Positions 11,093 through 21,946 of a stretch of 64,000 bases of DNA are shown here, one piece after another. A program made the position numbers and the translations under genes. The DNA is taken from assembly GCA_963770895.1 (NCBI GenBank), contig CAVYRF010000002.1, positions 1,216,001 through 1,280,000 on the forward strand, written 5' to 3'. Each line of letters opens with the position of its first letter. The first letter of the stretch is position 1. The DNA is from an uncultured Acidobacteriota bacterium (lineage in GTDB: Bacteria; Acidobacteriota; Thermoanaerobaculia; Multivoradales; UBA5704). The notes below the pieces were generated by a model that saw nothing but the letters and a program-made list of their open reading frames with translations, was not told the origin of the DNA and ran no database searches.

Positions 11093-12895
11093 TCAGCTGG
11101 ACCAGCGGGTGCTGAAGCGCGGGCGGAACAGCGAAGCCGCCTTGGCGGCGCGGGCTTCGGTATCCCCCAGGCGATCCACTTCGACCGGCGGCTGGCGCGG
11201 ATCGACGGGCTGGCGTTCGCCGTCGGGCCCCTCCAGGGCGGTGAGCCTGGATTCCCGCGCATCCCGCGATTCGCGCACCAGGTTGCCGCGCGAATCGTTG
11301 TCCTGGCGTCCGGCGCCGCCACGGCCGCTCCAGGCGGGGGCATGGCCGCCGCCGTTGGAGCGATAGTCGCGACCGCCGCGCCCGGCATACGGTCCCGGCT
11401 GCCCCTGCCCACCTTGCTGCGAGTGGCTGTAGCCGGAGGGTTGCGGCCGCCTGGCGGAGCGGGCGCCATGATTCTGGCCGCCGTGGTGGCTGTTGCCGGC
11501 ATTGCTCATCGGCTGGCCGGCGCCGCCCGCGCGGCTGTCGCGCGGGTGTTGCCCGCCGCCCGGACGCACGCCCGGACGATTGGCCGCACGGCCGGCGCCC
11601 TGGCGCCCGGCCGCACGCTGCGCCGCGGCCGGCGCTCCCGGCGCCTCGCCACCGGCCTGCGCCTTGCGCGCCGCCTTTTCGCGGGCGCGCGCCCGCTCCT
11701 CGGCCTTGCGGGCGCGGATGGCGGCGATGCGTTCGGCGATGGGGATCTCCAGCCGCTCTTCGGCCGGCGCCTGGTAGTCGAAGCCGGTCAGCGTGCGCTG
11801 GGGGATGCGCCGCCCCACCGCGCGCTCGATGGCATGCAGGTCCGCCTGCTCCTGCGGCCCGACAAAGGTGAAAGCGTCGCCCACCGCACCGGCGCGGGCG
11901 GTGCGCCCGACGCGGTGGATGTAGTCCTCGGGCACGTTGGGGACGTCGAAGTTGATGACGTGGGACAGCGCCTCGACGTCGATGCCGCGCGCCGCGATGT
12001 CGGTGGCGATCAGCACCCGCAGGCGCCCGTCCTTGAAGCGCGCCAGGGCGTCGGTGCGCTGCGCCTGGCTGCGGTTGCCGTGGATGCGATCGCACGGCAT
12101 GCCGTTGCGGTCCAGGAAGTCGGCCAGCCGGTTGGCGCGATGCTTGGTGCGGGTGAACACCAGCACGTTTTTGATTTCGTCGCGCTGCAGCAGCTCGAGC
12201 AGCAGCCGCGGCTTGAGGTCGTCGCGCACCGGGTAGATCGCCTGGGTCACGCCGTCGGCGGGAAGCGAGCGGCGATCCACGTTGATCGCCACCGGGTCGT
12301 GCAGCAGGTCCTGGGACAGCTCGACGATCGGCGGCGGCAGGGTGGCCGAAAACAGCATCGTCTGGCGCTCGCCCGGCAGCGCCGCCAGCACGCGCCGCAC
12401 GTCGGGGAGGAAGCCCATGTCGAGCATGCGGTCGGCTTCGTCGAGCACCAGCACCTCGAGCCCGTCGAGCCGCGCGTAGTCGTTCTGGAAGTGGTCGAGC
12501 AGGCGCCCCGGGGTCGCCACCAGGATGGCGACGCCCTCCTTGAACGCCCGTTCCTGGGGCCCCATCGCCACGCCGCCGAACACCGCGGCGCCGGACATCG
12601 GGGTGTGCGCGGCCAGCCCGTCCAGGTGCTCGGCGATCTGCGCCGCGAGCTCGCGGGTGGGGGTCAGGATGAGCGCGCGCGTGGTGCCGGGCGGCTTGCC
12701 GGCCAGCCGCTGCAGGATGGGCAGCAGGAACGCCGCCGTCTTGCCGCTCCCCGTCATGGCACAGGCGAGCAGGTCGCGACCGGCGAGGGCCGGCGGGATC
12801 GCCTGGATCTGGATCGGGGTGGGCTCGACGAAGCCGAGCTCCTGGATGCCGCGCAACAGCTCGGCGGAAAGGCCGAAGGACGAAAAGTCATTCAT
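11093..12895 (-). CDS. rhlE: DEAD-box RNA helicase (RhlE-like)
   Basis: Q motif PTPIQ, AMTGSGKT, PTRELA, DEAD, SAT, ARGID, HRVGRTAR; long Gly/Arg-rich tail. Confidence 0.9.
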   Translation of the reverse strand: MNDFSSFGLSAELLRGIQELGFVEPTPIQIQAIPPALAGRDLLACAMTGSGKTAAFLLPILQRLAGKPPGTTRALILTPTRELAAQIAEHLDGLAAHTPMSGAAVFGGVAMGPQERAFKEGVAILVATPGRLLDHFQNDYARLDGLEVLVLDEADRMLDMGFLPDVRRVLAALPGERQTMLFSATLPPPIVELSQDLLHDPVAINVDRRSLPADGVTQAIYPVRDDLKPRLLLELLQRDEIKNVLVFTRTKHRANRLADFLDRNGMPCDRIHGNRSQAQRTDALARFKDGRLRVLIATDIAARGIDVEALSHVINFDVPNVPEDYIHRVGRTARAGAVGDAFTFVGPQEQADLHAIERAVGRRIPQRTLTGFDYQAPAEERLEIPIAERIAAIRARKAEERARAREKAARKAQAGGEAPGAPAAAQRAAGRQGAGRAANRPGVRPGGGQHPRDSRAGGAGQPMSNAGNSHHGGQNHGARSARRPQPSGYSHSQQGGQGQPGPYAGRGGRDYRSNGGGHAPAWSGRGGAGRQDNDSRGNLVRESRDARESRLTALEGPDGERQPVDPRQPPVEVDRLGDTEARAAKAASLFRPRFSTRWSS

Positions 12896-13190
12896 CTGTG
12901 TGATCTCTCTTCGGCGATCGCGGCCCTTGGGTGAGCTGCCGAACGCCTGAATGTCCCGGCTTGAAGACAGGAAAGAACGGGAGCCTTGCCGGGAGGCCTG
13001 CCGTTCATCGGTTCCCGGATGACGCTCCGGGAAACGCTACTGCAACGATTGCAAAGATTGCGGAAGCCCTGAGCAGGCGCGCCCGCCCTGTGAGCTTCTC
13101 ACATCTAGGCCAAAACACCAAGTTGACCAGCGGTGTACGCCTCCTTGGGCGTGGTCGAAGACCGACCCTGTAAACCGAGTGGCGCCGGTG

Positions 13191-13868
13191 TCACGCCGGC
13201 GATTCGGGCGGTGTGGGCACCCCGCTCGCGCCCTTCGCGGCGCGACCGGCAGTACGGCGCGCCCGCCAGATTTCGAAGACGGCGGGCAGCAGCGAAATCA
13301 CGACGATCGCCAGCAGCACCAGGCTGAAGCTCTTCTTGACCGCCGGCACGTTGCCGAACAGGTCGCCCGCCATGATGCCGATCACCACCCACAGCAGGCC
13401 GCCGGCGACGTTGTAGGCGGAGAACTTGCGGAACGACATCCGCCCCAGCCCGGCGACGAACGGCGCGATCGTGCGCACGATGGGCACGAAGCGGGTGATG
13501 ACGATCGTCTTGGCGCCGTATTTTTCGTAGAACTCGTGGGTGCGCTGCAGGTGCTCGGGCCGCACGCGCCCTCCCGCCACCAGCCGCGGTCCGATCAGGT
13601 AACCCACCCAGTAGTTGACCGTATTCCCCAGCACCGCCGCCACCAGCAGCAGGCCGATCAGGTTCCACGCCGAAAGCGCCCCCACGCCGGCAAACGCGCC
13701 GGCGGCGAACAGCAGCGAATCTCCGGGCAGGAACGGCGCCACCACCAGGCCGGTCTCGCAGAACACGATCGCGAACAGCAGCAGGTACGTCCACGCCCCG
13801 TACTGGGCGATGACGCCGCCCAACGTGCGGTCGAGGTGCAGAAAGAGATCGATGAAGTGTGTCAGCAC
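13191..13868 (-). CDS. dedA: DedA family membrane protein
   Basis: ETGLVVAPFLPGDSLLFAAG and RFVPIVRTIAPFVAG. Confidence 0.92.
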   Translation of the reverse strand: MLTHFIDLFLHLDRTLGGVIAQYGAWTYLLLFAIVFCETGLVVAPFLPGDSLLFAAGAFAGVGALSAWNLIGLLLVAAVLGNTVNYWVGYLIGPRLVAGGRVRPEHLQRTHEFYEKYGAKTIVITRFVPIVRTIAPFVAGLGRMSFRKFSAYNVAGGLLWVVIGIMAGDLFGNVPAVKKSFSLVLLAIVVISLLPAVFEIWRARRTAGRAAKGASGVPTPPESPA

Positions 13869-14043
13869 GACAGGGTGTCCCGCCGGCACCACGCGAACCA
13901 CCCGCGGGCGCGCGTCCGGCGCGGAGAGCCTAAGGGCTCGCCGCCGCGATGTCCAGCCCTGCCCCCCGCGATCGCAGGACCGCGGGGAAGCGGTCGTTGC
14001 CTGGGGTCCGGCGGCGGCGCCGCCGCCGGCTGACGGGCGGCGG

Positions 14044-16491
14044 CTACCGGAGGTAGCCCAGGGCGCGCAGCTTGGTGATGTAGCGCCACTCCAGGTAGGT
14101 GGCCCCCAGGGTGTCGCCGTGTTGCAGGTAGGTCGCCCGCGCCTTCAGGCGGGCCGCCAGCTCGCGCTCGCCGATGGCGCGCAGGGCGGCGACGGTCTGC
14201 GGCTCGCCGACGGCCAGGTTGGTGCGCTCGGCGGGATCGCGATCCAGGTTGTAGAGCTCGACCGGCAGCGCCGGGTCGCGCGCCACCACCAGCTTCCAGG
14301 GGCCGCGCCGCACCGACCAGCGCGGGCGGCCGTGCAGGATGACGTCGGCCATCGGCGTTTCGCGCGCTGCGAGCGGTTTGCCGTCGAGCAGCGGGGTGAG
14401 GTCGGTGCCCTGGCTGGGCGACGGCGCGGCGCCGACGGCGTGCAGCAGGGTCGGAAACAGGTCGACCATCTGCACGGCGTCGGGCACCACGGCGGGCTTG
14501 CGGCCTGGGATGCGCAGCAGCGCCGGCACGTGCACCAGCTCCTGGTACAGGGTGTGGCCGTGGTCGGAGTTGGGTTCGTAGCCCAGGGCCGCCTCGCGGT
14601 CCAGCCGCCCCCAGAACTCCTCGCCGTGGTCGCTCACCACCGCCACCACCGTGTGGTCGGCAAGCCCCAGGTCGCGCAGGCCGTCGAGAAAGCGGCCGAC
14701 CTGCCGGTCGGTGTAGGCGACCTCGGCGCGGTACAGCGCCTCGAACCAGGGGCGATCGCCCGGCGCCGGGATGGTGGTGCGCTCGGGATTGCGGTCGGCC
14801 TCGCAGCCCAGCGGACCGCGGTAGCCGGGCGCCAGGCGGTGCGCCACCTGGGTGCACTCCGGCTCGGGCGCGCTGTAGGGCGAATGCAGGTCGAACAGGT
14901 GCAGGTAGAGGAAGGTGCGGCGGTCGGCGGCGGTGCGGCGCAGCTCGGCCAGCGCCCGGTCCACCAGCACTTCGGCGCGGTCTTCGATCGAGGTGTAATC
15001 GTCGAAGCCCTGGTGCACGCCGAAGCCGGGCAGGATGTAGAAGTTCTGGTAGATGCCCAGGCTGTAGAAGCCCTGGTGCGCCAGCACCCCGGCAAGCGTG
15101 TGCACGCCGCCGGGCAGGCCGGTCGGGGCAAAGTCGTTCTGGCGCGGGCTGGCCGGGTCGAAGTCGCCGAAGCGCTGGCCGGCGCCGTGCGTCTGCGGCT
15201 GCAGGCCGGTCAGCAGCGAGCAGACGCTGGGCAGCGTCCAGGGGGCGGGCGACAGCATCTCGGCAAAGCGCACCCCGTCGCGCGCAAAGGCGTCCAGGCG
15301 CGGGGTCAGGCCGTGGGTATCGCCGTAGGCGCCCAGCGCGTCGGCGCGCAGCGTGTCGATCAGGATCACCACCAGGTTGTTGCCGGCGGGGGGGCCGGGG
15401 CGCACCAGCATCGGGTTGCCCCACACCGCCGCCCCCTCGGGCAGGGCGGCGCCGTCGCGCAAGGCGCCGCTTTCCAGCACCAGGCGATCGCCGGTGCGGT
15501 CGGCGCCGGCGGGCAGGTCGCGCCGCACCAGGCGCCAGGCCGGGCCGCCCTTGCCGCCGCCCGCCAGGGTCTCTTCCAGCAGGGGGCCGCCCGGCGCGGC
15601 GTCCGCCGGCTTGCCGTCCGGCCCCTCCAGGCGCACGCGGAAGGTGGCGGTCACCCCCGGCTTGTCGTATTCGGGGATGAGGCCCAGGTGGACCTCCAGG
15701 CGGGTGCCCGCCGGCAGGTCAGGCGGCAACGGCAGCGTCAGCCTGCCGCCGCCGGACAGCGCCGGCATGGTTTCGCCGCCCAGCGACATCGAACGATAGG
15801 CGTCGTCGGGCGGCGCCGCGGAGCCGCCCAGCAGGCGCACGCTGCCCGCGTCCACCTCCAGGCGCAGACCCACCACGCGCCCATGCCAGTGCGCTTCGCG
15901 CTCCAGGTCCACTTCGTACGGATGCGGCTTGCCGTCGCCGGCCAGCGGGAAGCTGACGGCGCGGAAGGGCGTGAACACGCGGTCCTGCGCCAGCCGCCAG
16001 GACAGGGTGGCCAGCCGCGCCGACCCGGCCAGAGTCAGCCGCAGCCGCCCCACCCGCGACGCCGACACGTCCACCGCCGCCTGGTAGGGTTCTTCGGGCG
16101 ACACGCTGCCGGCAACCAGCGCAGGCAAGGCGCCGCCGCCGGCGCCCGGCTCCTCGCCCCCAGCTCCCGGCGCCTGTTGTCCTCCGGGACCTCCGGGTTC
16201 GCCGGATCCGCCAAGCCCGCCGGCGCCGCCCGGCGCTCCTGGCGCTCCCGGCGCCGCGGTCTTGATCAGGTCGCCCAGGCGGACCAGCTTGGCCGCCGGC
16301 GGCGTGGCGCGGTCGGCGCCACAGCCGGCGACGCAGAGGGCCGCCGCCATCGCCGCCATCGCCGCCATCGCCGCCAACAACGCCATCGGCGCCAGCGGTG
16401 CCATCGGCGCCATCATCGCCAGCCACAGACGCGCGGTGCGTCCGGCGAAACCGCGCGGCAGACCGGCCGCCAGGGAGGGCAAAGCCCGCAT
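14044..16491 (-). CDS. Sulfatase-like hydrolase/transferase, probable lipoprotein
   Basis: LIDTLRAD, TPRLD, PWTLPSVCSLLTG, DLHSPY, SDHGEEF, DHGHTLYQE, ELYNLDRDPAE; lipobox-like VAGC. Confidence 0.8.
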   Translation of the reverse strand: MRALPSLAAGLPRGFAGRTARLWLAMMAPMAPLAPMALLAAMAAMAAMAAALCVAGCGADRATPPAAKLVRLGDLIKTAAPGAPGAPGGAGGLGGSGEPGGPGGQQAPGAGGEEPGAGGGALPALVAGSVSPEEPYQAAVDVSASRVGRLRLTLAGSARLATLSWRLAQDRVFTPFRAVSFPLAGDGKPHPYEVDLEREAHWHGRVVGLRLEVDAGSVRLLGGSAAPPDDAYRSMSLGGETMPALSGGGRLTLPLPPDLPAGTRLEVHLGLIPEYDKPGVTATFRVRLEGPDGKPADAAPGGPLLEETLAGGGKGGPAWRLVRRDLPAGADRTGDRLVLESGALRDGAALPEGAAVWGNPMLVRPGPPAGNNLVVILIDTLRADALGAYGDTHGLTPRLDAFARDGVRFAEMLSPAPWTLPSVCSLLTGLQPQTHGAGQRFGDFDPASPRQNDFAPTGLPGGVHTLAGVLAHQGFYSLGIYQNFYILPGFGVHQGFDDYTSIEDRAEVLVDRALAELRRTAADRRTFLYLHLFDLHSPYSAPEPECTQVAHRLAPGYRGPLGCEADRNPERTTIPAPGDRPWFEALYRAEVAYTDRQVGRFLDGLRDLGLADHTVVAVVSDHGEEFWGRLDREAALGYEPNSDHGHTLYQELVHVPALLRIPGRKPAVVPDAVQMVDLFPTLLHAVGAAPSPSQGTDLTPLLDGKPLAARETPMADVILHGRPRWSVRRGPWKLVVARDPALPVELYNLDRDPAERTNLAVGEPQTVAALRAIGERELAARLKARATYLQHGDTLGATYLEWRYITKLRALGYLR

Positions 16492-16492
16492 T

Positions 16493-17731
16493 TCAGGCCA
16501 GCCGGTCGCGGATCCAGCAGCCGCCCAGGACGCGGCTGCCCTGGTAGAAGACGGCGGCCTGGCCCGGCGTGACGCCGCGCTGCGGCTGCAGAAACTCCAC
16601 CTCCACCTCCACCTCCACCTCGGCCGGGGCAGCGGGGCCGCCGGCGGCAGGCGCGGGCTGCGGCGGCCGCGGGTGGATGCGGGCGGCGACGCCTGGATGC
16701 CGGGAGCGGATGCGGACTGTGGCTTCGATGCCGCCGGCCGGCGACGCCGCCGGTGCATCGCCGATCCAGTGCAGGCGCTCGCCGAGCAGGCCCGGCGCCA
16801 TCAGCTGCCGCTCCTCCCCCACCACCACGCGGTTGTCGCCGGGCTCGATCGCCAGGACGTAGAGCGGATGGCGGCTGGCCACGCCCAGGCCGCGCCGCTG
16901 CCCGACGGTGTAGCGGTAGTACGGCTGACCCTGGCCCAGCACGGCGCCGCCGGAATCGACCAGCGTCGCCGGCCGGCCGAGCGCCACGCCGGCGGTGCCG
17001 GAGCCCGCGGCGGCCTGGGCGTCGGCGGCCGGCCGGGCGGCGCGGGCGGCGGTTTCGGCTTCCACAAACTCGCGGATGCCGCCGGAGACGAAGCACACTT
17101 CCATGCTCTCGCCCTTCTCCGCCACCACCAGGCCGGCGTCGCGGGCCAGCGCGCGCACCTGCGGCTTGGTCATGGCGCCCAACGGGAAGAGCGAAGCGGC
17201 AAGCTGCTCCTGCGACAGCTCGAACAGGTAGTAGCTCTGGTCCTTGTCGGCGTCCACCGCGGTGTGCAGCTCCCACCCGCCGGCGCCGCGCACGATGCGG
17301 GCGTAGTGGCCGGTCGCCACGGTCGCCGCTCCCAGGCGGCGGGCGCGCTCGTGCAGCAGGTCGAACTTGATCCAGGTGTTGCAGCGGACGCAGGGGCTGG
17401 GAGTGCGCCCGGCCAGGTAGTCGGCGACGAACGGGTCGACCACGTGGCGGCGGAACTCCTGGTCCAGGCGCAGCGTGTAGTGGGGGATGCCGGCCTGCTG
17501 CGCCACCCGCCGCGCGTCGCCCAGGTCCAGGGCGCCGCAGCAGCGGCCGTTGCTGGACACCGCGGAGTGGTCCCACAGCAGCATCGACAGGCCGATCACC
17601 GGCTGCCCGGCGCGGGCGAGCAGCCAGGCGGTCACCGACGAATCCAGGCCGCCGCTCATCGCCACCGCGATGCGATCGGTCGCGGCGCCCGCCGCCGCAC
17701 CCGGCAGCGCCACCGGCACGCCGCCGGTCAC
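16493..17731 (-). CDS. mnmA: tRNA 2-thiouridine(34) synthase MnmA
   Basis: [63 protein letters not shown] start overlaps the iscS stop. Confidence 0.95.
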   Translation of the reverse strand: MTGGVPVALPGAAAGAATDRIAVAMSGGLDSSVTAWLLARAGQPVIGLSMLLWDHSAVSSNGRCCGALDLGDARRVAQQAGIPHYTLRLDQEFRRHVVDPFVADYLAGRTPSPCVRCNTWIKFDLLHERARRLGAATVATGHYARIVRGAGGWELHTAVDADKDQSYYLFELSQEQLAASLFPLGAMTKPQVRALARDAGLVVAEKGESMEVCFVSGGIREFVEAETAARAARPAADAQAAAGSGTAGVALGRPATLVDSGGAVLGQGQPYYRYTVGQRRGLGVASRHPLYVLAIEPGDNRVVVGEERQLMAPGLLGERLHWIGDAPAASPAGGIEATVRIRSRHPGVAARIHPRPPQPAPAAGGPAAPAEVEVEVEVEFLQPQRGVTPGQAAVFYQGSRVLGGCWIRDRLA

Positions 17732-18945
17732 GCCGGAACCCGCACCCGCCGGGTCGGCGCCAGCGACTCGCGCAGAGTCGCCACTTCGACCGTCAGCGCA
17801 TCCAGGAACAGGTCCACCTCGCCGGGCAGGTTGCGCGGGCCGAAGCTGATGCGCAGCGACGCCAGCGCTTCGTCCGCGGAAATGCCCATGGCGAGCAGCG
17901 TCTTGCTGGGCTCGACGACGCCCGAGGAACAGGCCGAGCCGGTCGACACCGCAAACCCGGCAAGGTCGAGCCGGATCAGCAGCGCTTCGCCCTCGACGCC
18001 GGGAAACGCCACGTGCGAGGTGTTGGGCACCCGCGGCCAGGCGCGGCAGTGGACGATGGCGCCGGGGATGGCCGCCAGCCCGTCTTCGAAGCGGTCGCGC
18101 AACGCCGCCATCCGCGCCGCGCGCTCGGGCAGCTCGGCCTGCACCAGGGCCGCCGCCGCCCCCAGGCCGACGATCGCCGGCACGTTCTCGGTGCCGGCGC
18201 GCCGCCGCCGCTCCTGGCTGCCGCCGAGCAGCAGCGGCTCGACGGTGCACCCCTCGCGCATCCACAGCGCCGCGGCGCCGAGCGGGCCGCCGAACTTGTG
18301 CGCCCCCAGGACCAGCAGGTCGGCACCCAGGCGGGTCACGTCCACCGGAATGCGGCCCACCGCCTGCGCCGCGTCGCAGAGCAGGGGTATGCCGCGCCGC
18401 TGGCACTCCGCCGCGACCTCGGCGACCGGCTGCACCGTCCCCACCTCGTTGTTGGCGAGCATCAGGCAGACCAGGCGGGTGTCGGGGCGCAGGGCGTCGA
18501 TCATCGCCGCCGCGCTGACCACGCCCGAAGGCGCGGGCGCCACGCGCGTGACCGCCATGCCGCGGCGCTCGGCGCGCGCCGCCGCCTGGCGCAGCGACGA
18601 GTGCTCCAGCTGCGACAGCACCAGGTGGCCCCCGCCGGCGTCGCCGACGCTGGCAACCACCGTATTGTTGGCCTCCGTCCCCGAGGCGGTGAAGATCACC
18701 TCCGGCGGCCGGGCGCCCAGCAGCGCCGCCACCCGCTCGCGCGCCTCCTCGACGGCGTTGCGCGCCGCCTGGCCGAAGCGGTGGATCGAAGAGGGGTTGC
18801 CGTGCCGCTCGCCGAGCCACGGCAGCATCGCTTCGCGGACCCGCGGGTCGAGCGGCGTGGTGGCGTTGTAATCCAGATAGACGTCGGCCCGGACGGGCTG
18901 GGGGTCGCTCCCTCCGGTGCGGGGCGGCTGCGCGGGCGGCACCAT
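17728..18945 (-). CDS. iscS: Cysteine desulfurase (IscS/NifS type)
   Basis: [42 protein letters not shown]. Confidence 0.93.
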   Translation of the reverse strand: MVPPAQPPRTGGSDPQPVRADVYLDYNATTPLDPRVREAMLPWLGERHGNPSSIHRFGQAARNAVEEARERVAALLGARPPEVIFTASGTEANNTVVASVGDAGGGHLVLSQLEHSSLRQAAARAERRGMAVTRVAPAPSGVVSAAAMIDALRPDTRLVCLMLANNEVGTVQPVAEVAAECQRRGIPLLCDAAQAVGRIPVDVTRLGADLLVLGAHKFGGPLGAAALWMREGCTVEPLLLGGSQERRRRAGTENVPAIVGLGAAAALVQAELPERAARMAALRDRFEDGLAAIPGAIVHCRAWPRVPNTSHVAFPGVEGEALLIRLDLAGFAVSTGSACSSGVVEPSKTLLAMGISADEALASLRISFGPRNLPGEVDLFLDALTVEVATLRESLAPTRRVRVPA

Positions 18946-19100
18946 GGCCGCGCCATTGTAGCGCGTGGTCTCAGCGAACGATCCGCAATTGGCTCTTGCG
19001 GCAGAAGGCAAACGCCGCCACAATGAGAGCCGCTGCCGCAATCTCTTTGCGGGTTGATGCGCATCCCGCGGAGCGGCGGTTACCTCCTGGAGTCACGACG

Positions 19101-21896
19101 ATGGCCATGCCTCGGACCCTGCGCGCTCCCCTCCTGACAGCTCTCCTCGCCGCGAGCCTGGCGGCACCGGCCTTGCCGGCGCTCGCCGCCGCTACCGCCG
19201 ACCAGGGCGGTGCCAACGACCAGGGCGGCCAGAGCGCCGCCGGTGGTCAGAGCCCGCAGGGCGGCCAAAACGCCCCAGGCGGACAGGGCGCCCAAAGCGG
19301 TCAGAGCGGTCAGAGCCCGCAGGGCGGACAGGCCGGCCAGGGGGGCCAAAGCGGTCCGAGCCAGGGAGGCCAGGCCGGCCAGACCGCCCCAAGCGGTCCG
19401 AGCCAGACCGCACAGAGCGGACAGCCCGGACAGGTCGCCCAGCCGGCGGTCCAGCTGCCCAACAGCAAGCCCGCCTCGAAGAGCGACAAAAAACTGATCG
19501 CCGCGCTGCCACCCAAATACCGCGAGTGGCTGGAGTTTGTCGATCTGCTGATCACCAAGGCGGAGAAGAAGTCGTTCCTGGCGCTCGCCGAGGACTACCA
19601 GCGCGACGCCTTCATCGAGCGCTTCTGGGAGGTGCGGGACGGCAACGGTACCCCCGGCGACTTCCGCCGCAGCTGGGAGGCGCGGGTCGAGCAGGTCATC
19701 GCGCAATACGGCTCGGTCAGGGACGACCGCGCGCGGGTGTTCCTGCTCAACGGCCCGCCGGGCGGCGTGATCGCCGAGCACTGCGCCACCGTCCTGTGGC
19801 CGATCGAAGCCTGGTACTACCAGCGCAGCGAGCGTTTCGGCAACGAATTTGTCGTCGTGTTCTTTCAGCTCTGGGGCGCCGGGCCGTGGCGGATCTGGGA
19901 GCCGACCGAGGGATTGGCCGACCTGTTCATGAACAACAACCCCTCCAACGGCCTGCAGGAGATCGTCAACGAATGCCGCAACGGCGACTCCATCGCCGGA
20001 GCGCTCAGCTGGGTGAACGGCCAAGGCCTGGGCTACATGACCCTGGAAGCGACCTTCCTGTCGAACGCCAAGGGGCCCGGCACCGAATGGATCAGCTCGT
20101 TCCATTCGTATTCGACCGACCTGGCGGCGACCACCTCGCCGCTGCCGGCCAAGCTGGAAACGTCCTACCCCGGACGCCACGGCGAGCGCACCCTGTTGCA
20201 GGCGCTGCTCACCGTGCCGGCGAGCAGCCCGGCGGTCGTGCAGCTCGCCGACCGCCGGTCGTACAACCTGCTGGTGACCGGCGAGATCCTGCAGGGCAAG
20301 CACCTGTTCGAAAACTTCCGCTACAAATTCGAGTTTCCGGGCGACGAGCCGCAGACCGCCAACCTGCCGGTCGTCTTCCAGCGCCCGCTGCGTCCCGGCC
20401 AGTACACGCTCATCGTCAAGCTGGAGGATCTCAACTCCAACAAGGCGGCGCGCATTCAGCAGGAGCTGACCGTGCCGCAGGTGGACAACGAAGCGCCGGC
20501 GCCGCCGCCGAGCGACCCCGAAACGCGCGAGGTGCTCAACGAAGCCAACGCCGCGCTCGGCACCGGCGAAACCACGCTCAAACTGATCGCGCCGCGCGGC
20601 GAGCTGCAGACCGGCATGAACCGCTTCGACACCCTGGCCACCGGCCACAACATCGAGCGCGTCACCTTCTCGCTCGACGGCAAGGCGATCCTCACCAAGG
20701 TGAAACCGCCGTTCAGCGTCGAGCTCGACCTGGGCAGCCTGCCGCGGCCGCGCACCCTGCTCGCCACCGCCTTTGACAAGGGCGGCGAACAGGTAGCCAG
20801 CGACGAGCTGATCATCAACGCCGCGCCGCACCGCTTCCGCGTGCGCCTGACCGAGCCGCAGAAGGGGCGCCGTTACAGCCGCAGCCTGCTGGCGCGCGTC
20901 GAGGCCGAAGTGCCCGAAGACGAGGTCCTGGACCGGGTGGAGATCTACCTCAACGAAGACCTGGTGGCGACGCTCTACCAGCCGCCGTTCACCCAGCCGA
21001 TCGTGCTGCCCAAGGGGCAGCCGCTCGCCTACGTGCGCGCGGTCGCCTACACCGACGACGACGCTTCGACCGAAGACCTGGTGTTCGTCAATGCCTTGGA
21101 CAGCAACATCGAGCAGCTCAACGTGCAGTACGTCGAGCTCTACACCGCTGTGCTCGATCGCGCGGGGCACCCCGCCATGGGCCTGACGGCAAAGGATTTC
21201 AACGTCACCGAAGACGGCGCCAAGCAGACCATCAGCCGCTTCGAACCGGTCGCCGACCTGCCCATTCACGCCGCGGTGGTGCTGGATTCCTCGGCCTCGA
21301 TGGAAAAGAGCATCCAGGAGGCGCGCGACGCCGCGCTGGGCTTCCTGCGCGACGCCATCCAGCCCAAGGACCGCGCGGCGATCATCACCTTCAACGACCA
21401 TCCCAACATCGGCGTCAAGTTTTCCAACGACCTGACGACCCTTGCCGGCGGCCTGGCCGGCCTCAAGGCCGAGCGCGGCACCTCGCTGTGGGACACCCTC
21501 ATCTTCACCCTCTTCTACTTCAACGGCGTCAAGGGCCAGCGCGCCATCCTGCTGCTCACCGACGGCCGCGACGAAGGCAGCCGCTTCACCTTCGAAGACG
21601 CCCTGGAAGACGTCCGCCGCGCCGGCGTCACCATCTACACCATCGGCCTGGGCCAGGACATCGAGAAACACAAGCTGTCGCGCCTCAGCGAAGAGACCGG
21701 CGGCCGCGCCTTCTTCATCAAGAACGCCGCCGAGCTGCCCGCCATCTACGCCACGATCGAGCAGGATCTGCGCTCGCAATACCTGATCGCCTACCAGTCC
21801 AACAACACCACTCCGGACAACGTCTTCCGCACCGTCGACGTCAAGGTCACCCGCTCCGGCCTGGAAGCCAAGACCCTGCACGGCTACTACCCGTAG
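19101..21896 (+). CDS. GWxTD-like domain + Ig-like + VWA domain secreted protein (paralog 1)
   Basis: Signal peptide, Gly/Gln/Ser repeats, FIERFWEVRD...DDRARVFLLNGPP, MIDAS DSSAS, LLTDG, LRSQYLIAY...GYYP. Confidence 0.8.
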   Translation: MAMPRTLRAPLLTALLAASLAAPALPALAAATADQGGANDQGGQSAAGGQSPQGGQNAPGGQGAQSGQSGQSPQGGQAGQGGQSGPSQGGQAGQTAPSGPSQTAQSGQPGQVAQPAVQLPNSKPASKSDKKLIAALPPKYREWLEFVDLLITKAEKKSFLALAEDYQRDAFIERFWEVRDGNGTPGDFRRSWEARVEQVIAQYGSVRDDRARVFLLNGPPGGVIAEHCATVLWPIEAWYYQRSERFGNEFVVVFFQLWGAGPWRIWEPTEGLADLFMNNNPSNGLQEIVNECRNGDSIAGALSWVNGQGLGYMTLEATFLSNAKGPGTEWISSFHSYSTDLAATTSPLPAKLETSYPGRHGERTLLQALLTVPASSPAVVQLADRRSYNLLVTGEILQGKHLFENFRYKFEFPGDEPQTANLPVVFQRPLRPGQYTLIVKLEDLNSNKAARIQQELTVPQVDNEAPAPPPSDPETREVLNEANAALGTGETTLKLIAPRGELQTGMNRFDTLATGHNIERVTFSLDGKAILTKVKPPFSVELDLGSLPRPRTLLATAFDKGGEQVASDELIINAAPHRFRVRLTEPQKGRRYSRSLLARVEAEVPEDEVLDRVEIYLNEDLVATLYQPPFTQPIVLPKGQPLAYVRAVAYTDDDASTEDLVFVNALDSNIEQLNVQYVELYTAVLDRAGHPAMGLTAKDFNVTEDGAKQTISRFEPVADLPIHAAVVLDSSASMEKSIQEARDAALGFLRDAIQPKDRAAIITFNDHPNIGVKFSNDLTTLAGGLAGLKAERGTSLWDTLIFTLFYFNGVKGQRAILLLTDGRDEGSRFTFEDALEDVRRAGVTIYTIGLGQDIEKHKLSRLSEETGGRAFFIKNAAELPAIYATIEQDLRSQYLIAYQSNNTTPDNVFRTVDVKVTRSGLEAKTLHGYYP
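19199..19440 (+). repeat. Imperfect in-frame tandem repeats encoding a GGQS/PQGGQ low-complexity linker
   Basis: Recurring cagggcggccagagc / ggtcagagcccgcag units. Confidence 0.75.
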
Positions 21897-21946
21897 GGTC
21901 CTGGGTCAGCCAGGCCGGGGGCCGGGGGCCGCCGGGGGAGCGCCCT

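Noticed and set aside
13089-13103. TGTGA-N5-TCACA as a CRP site
   Set aside because: The spacer is 5 bp, not 6. It is treated as a hairpin or unknown palindrome.
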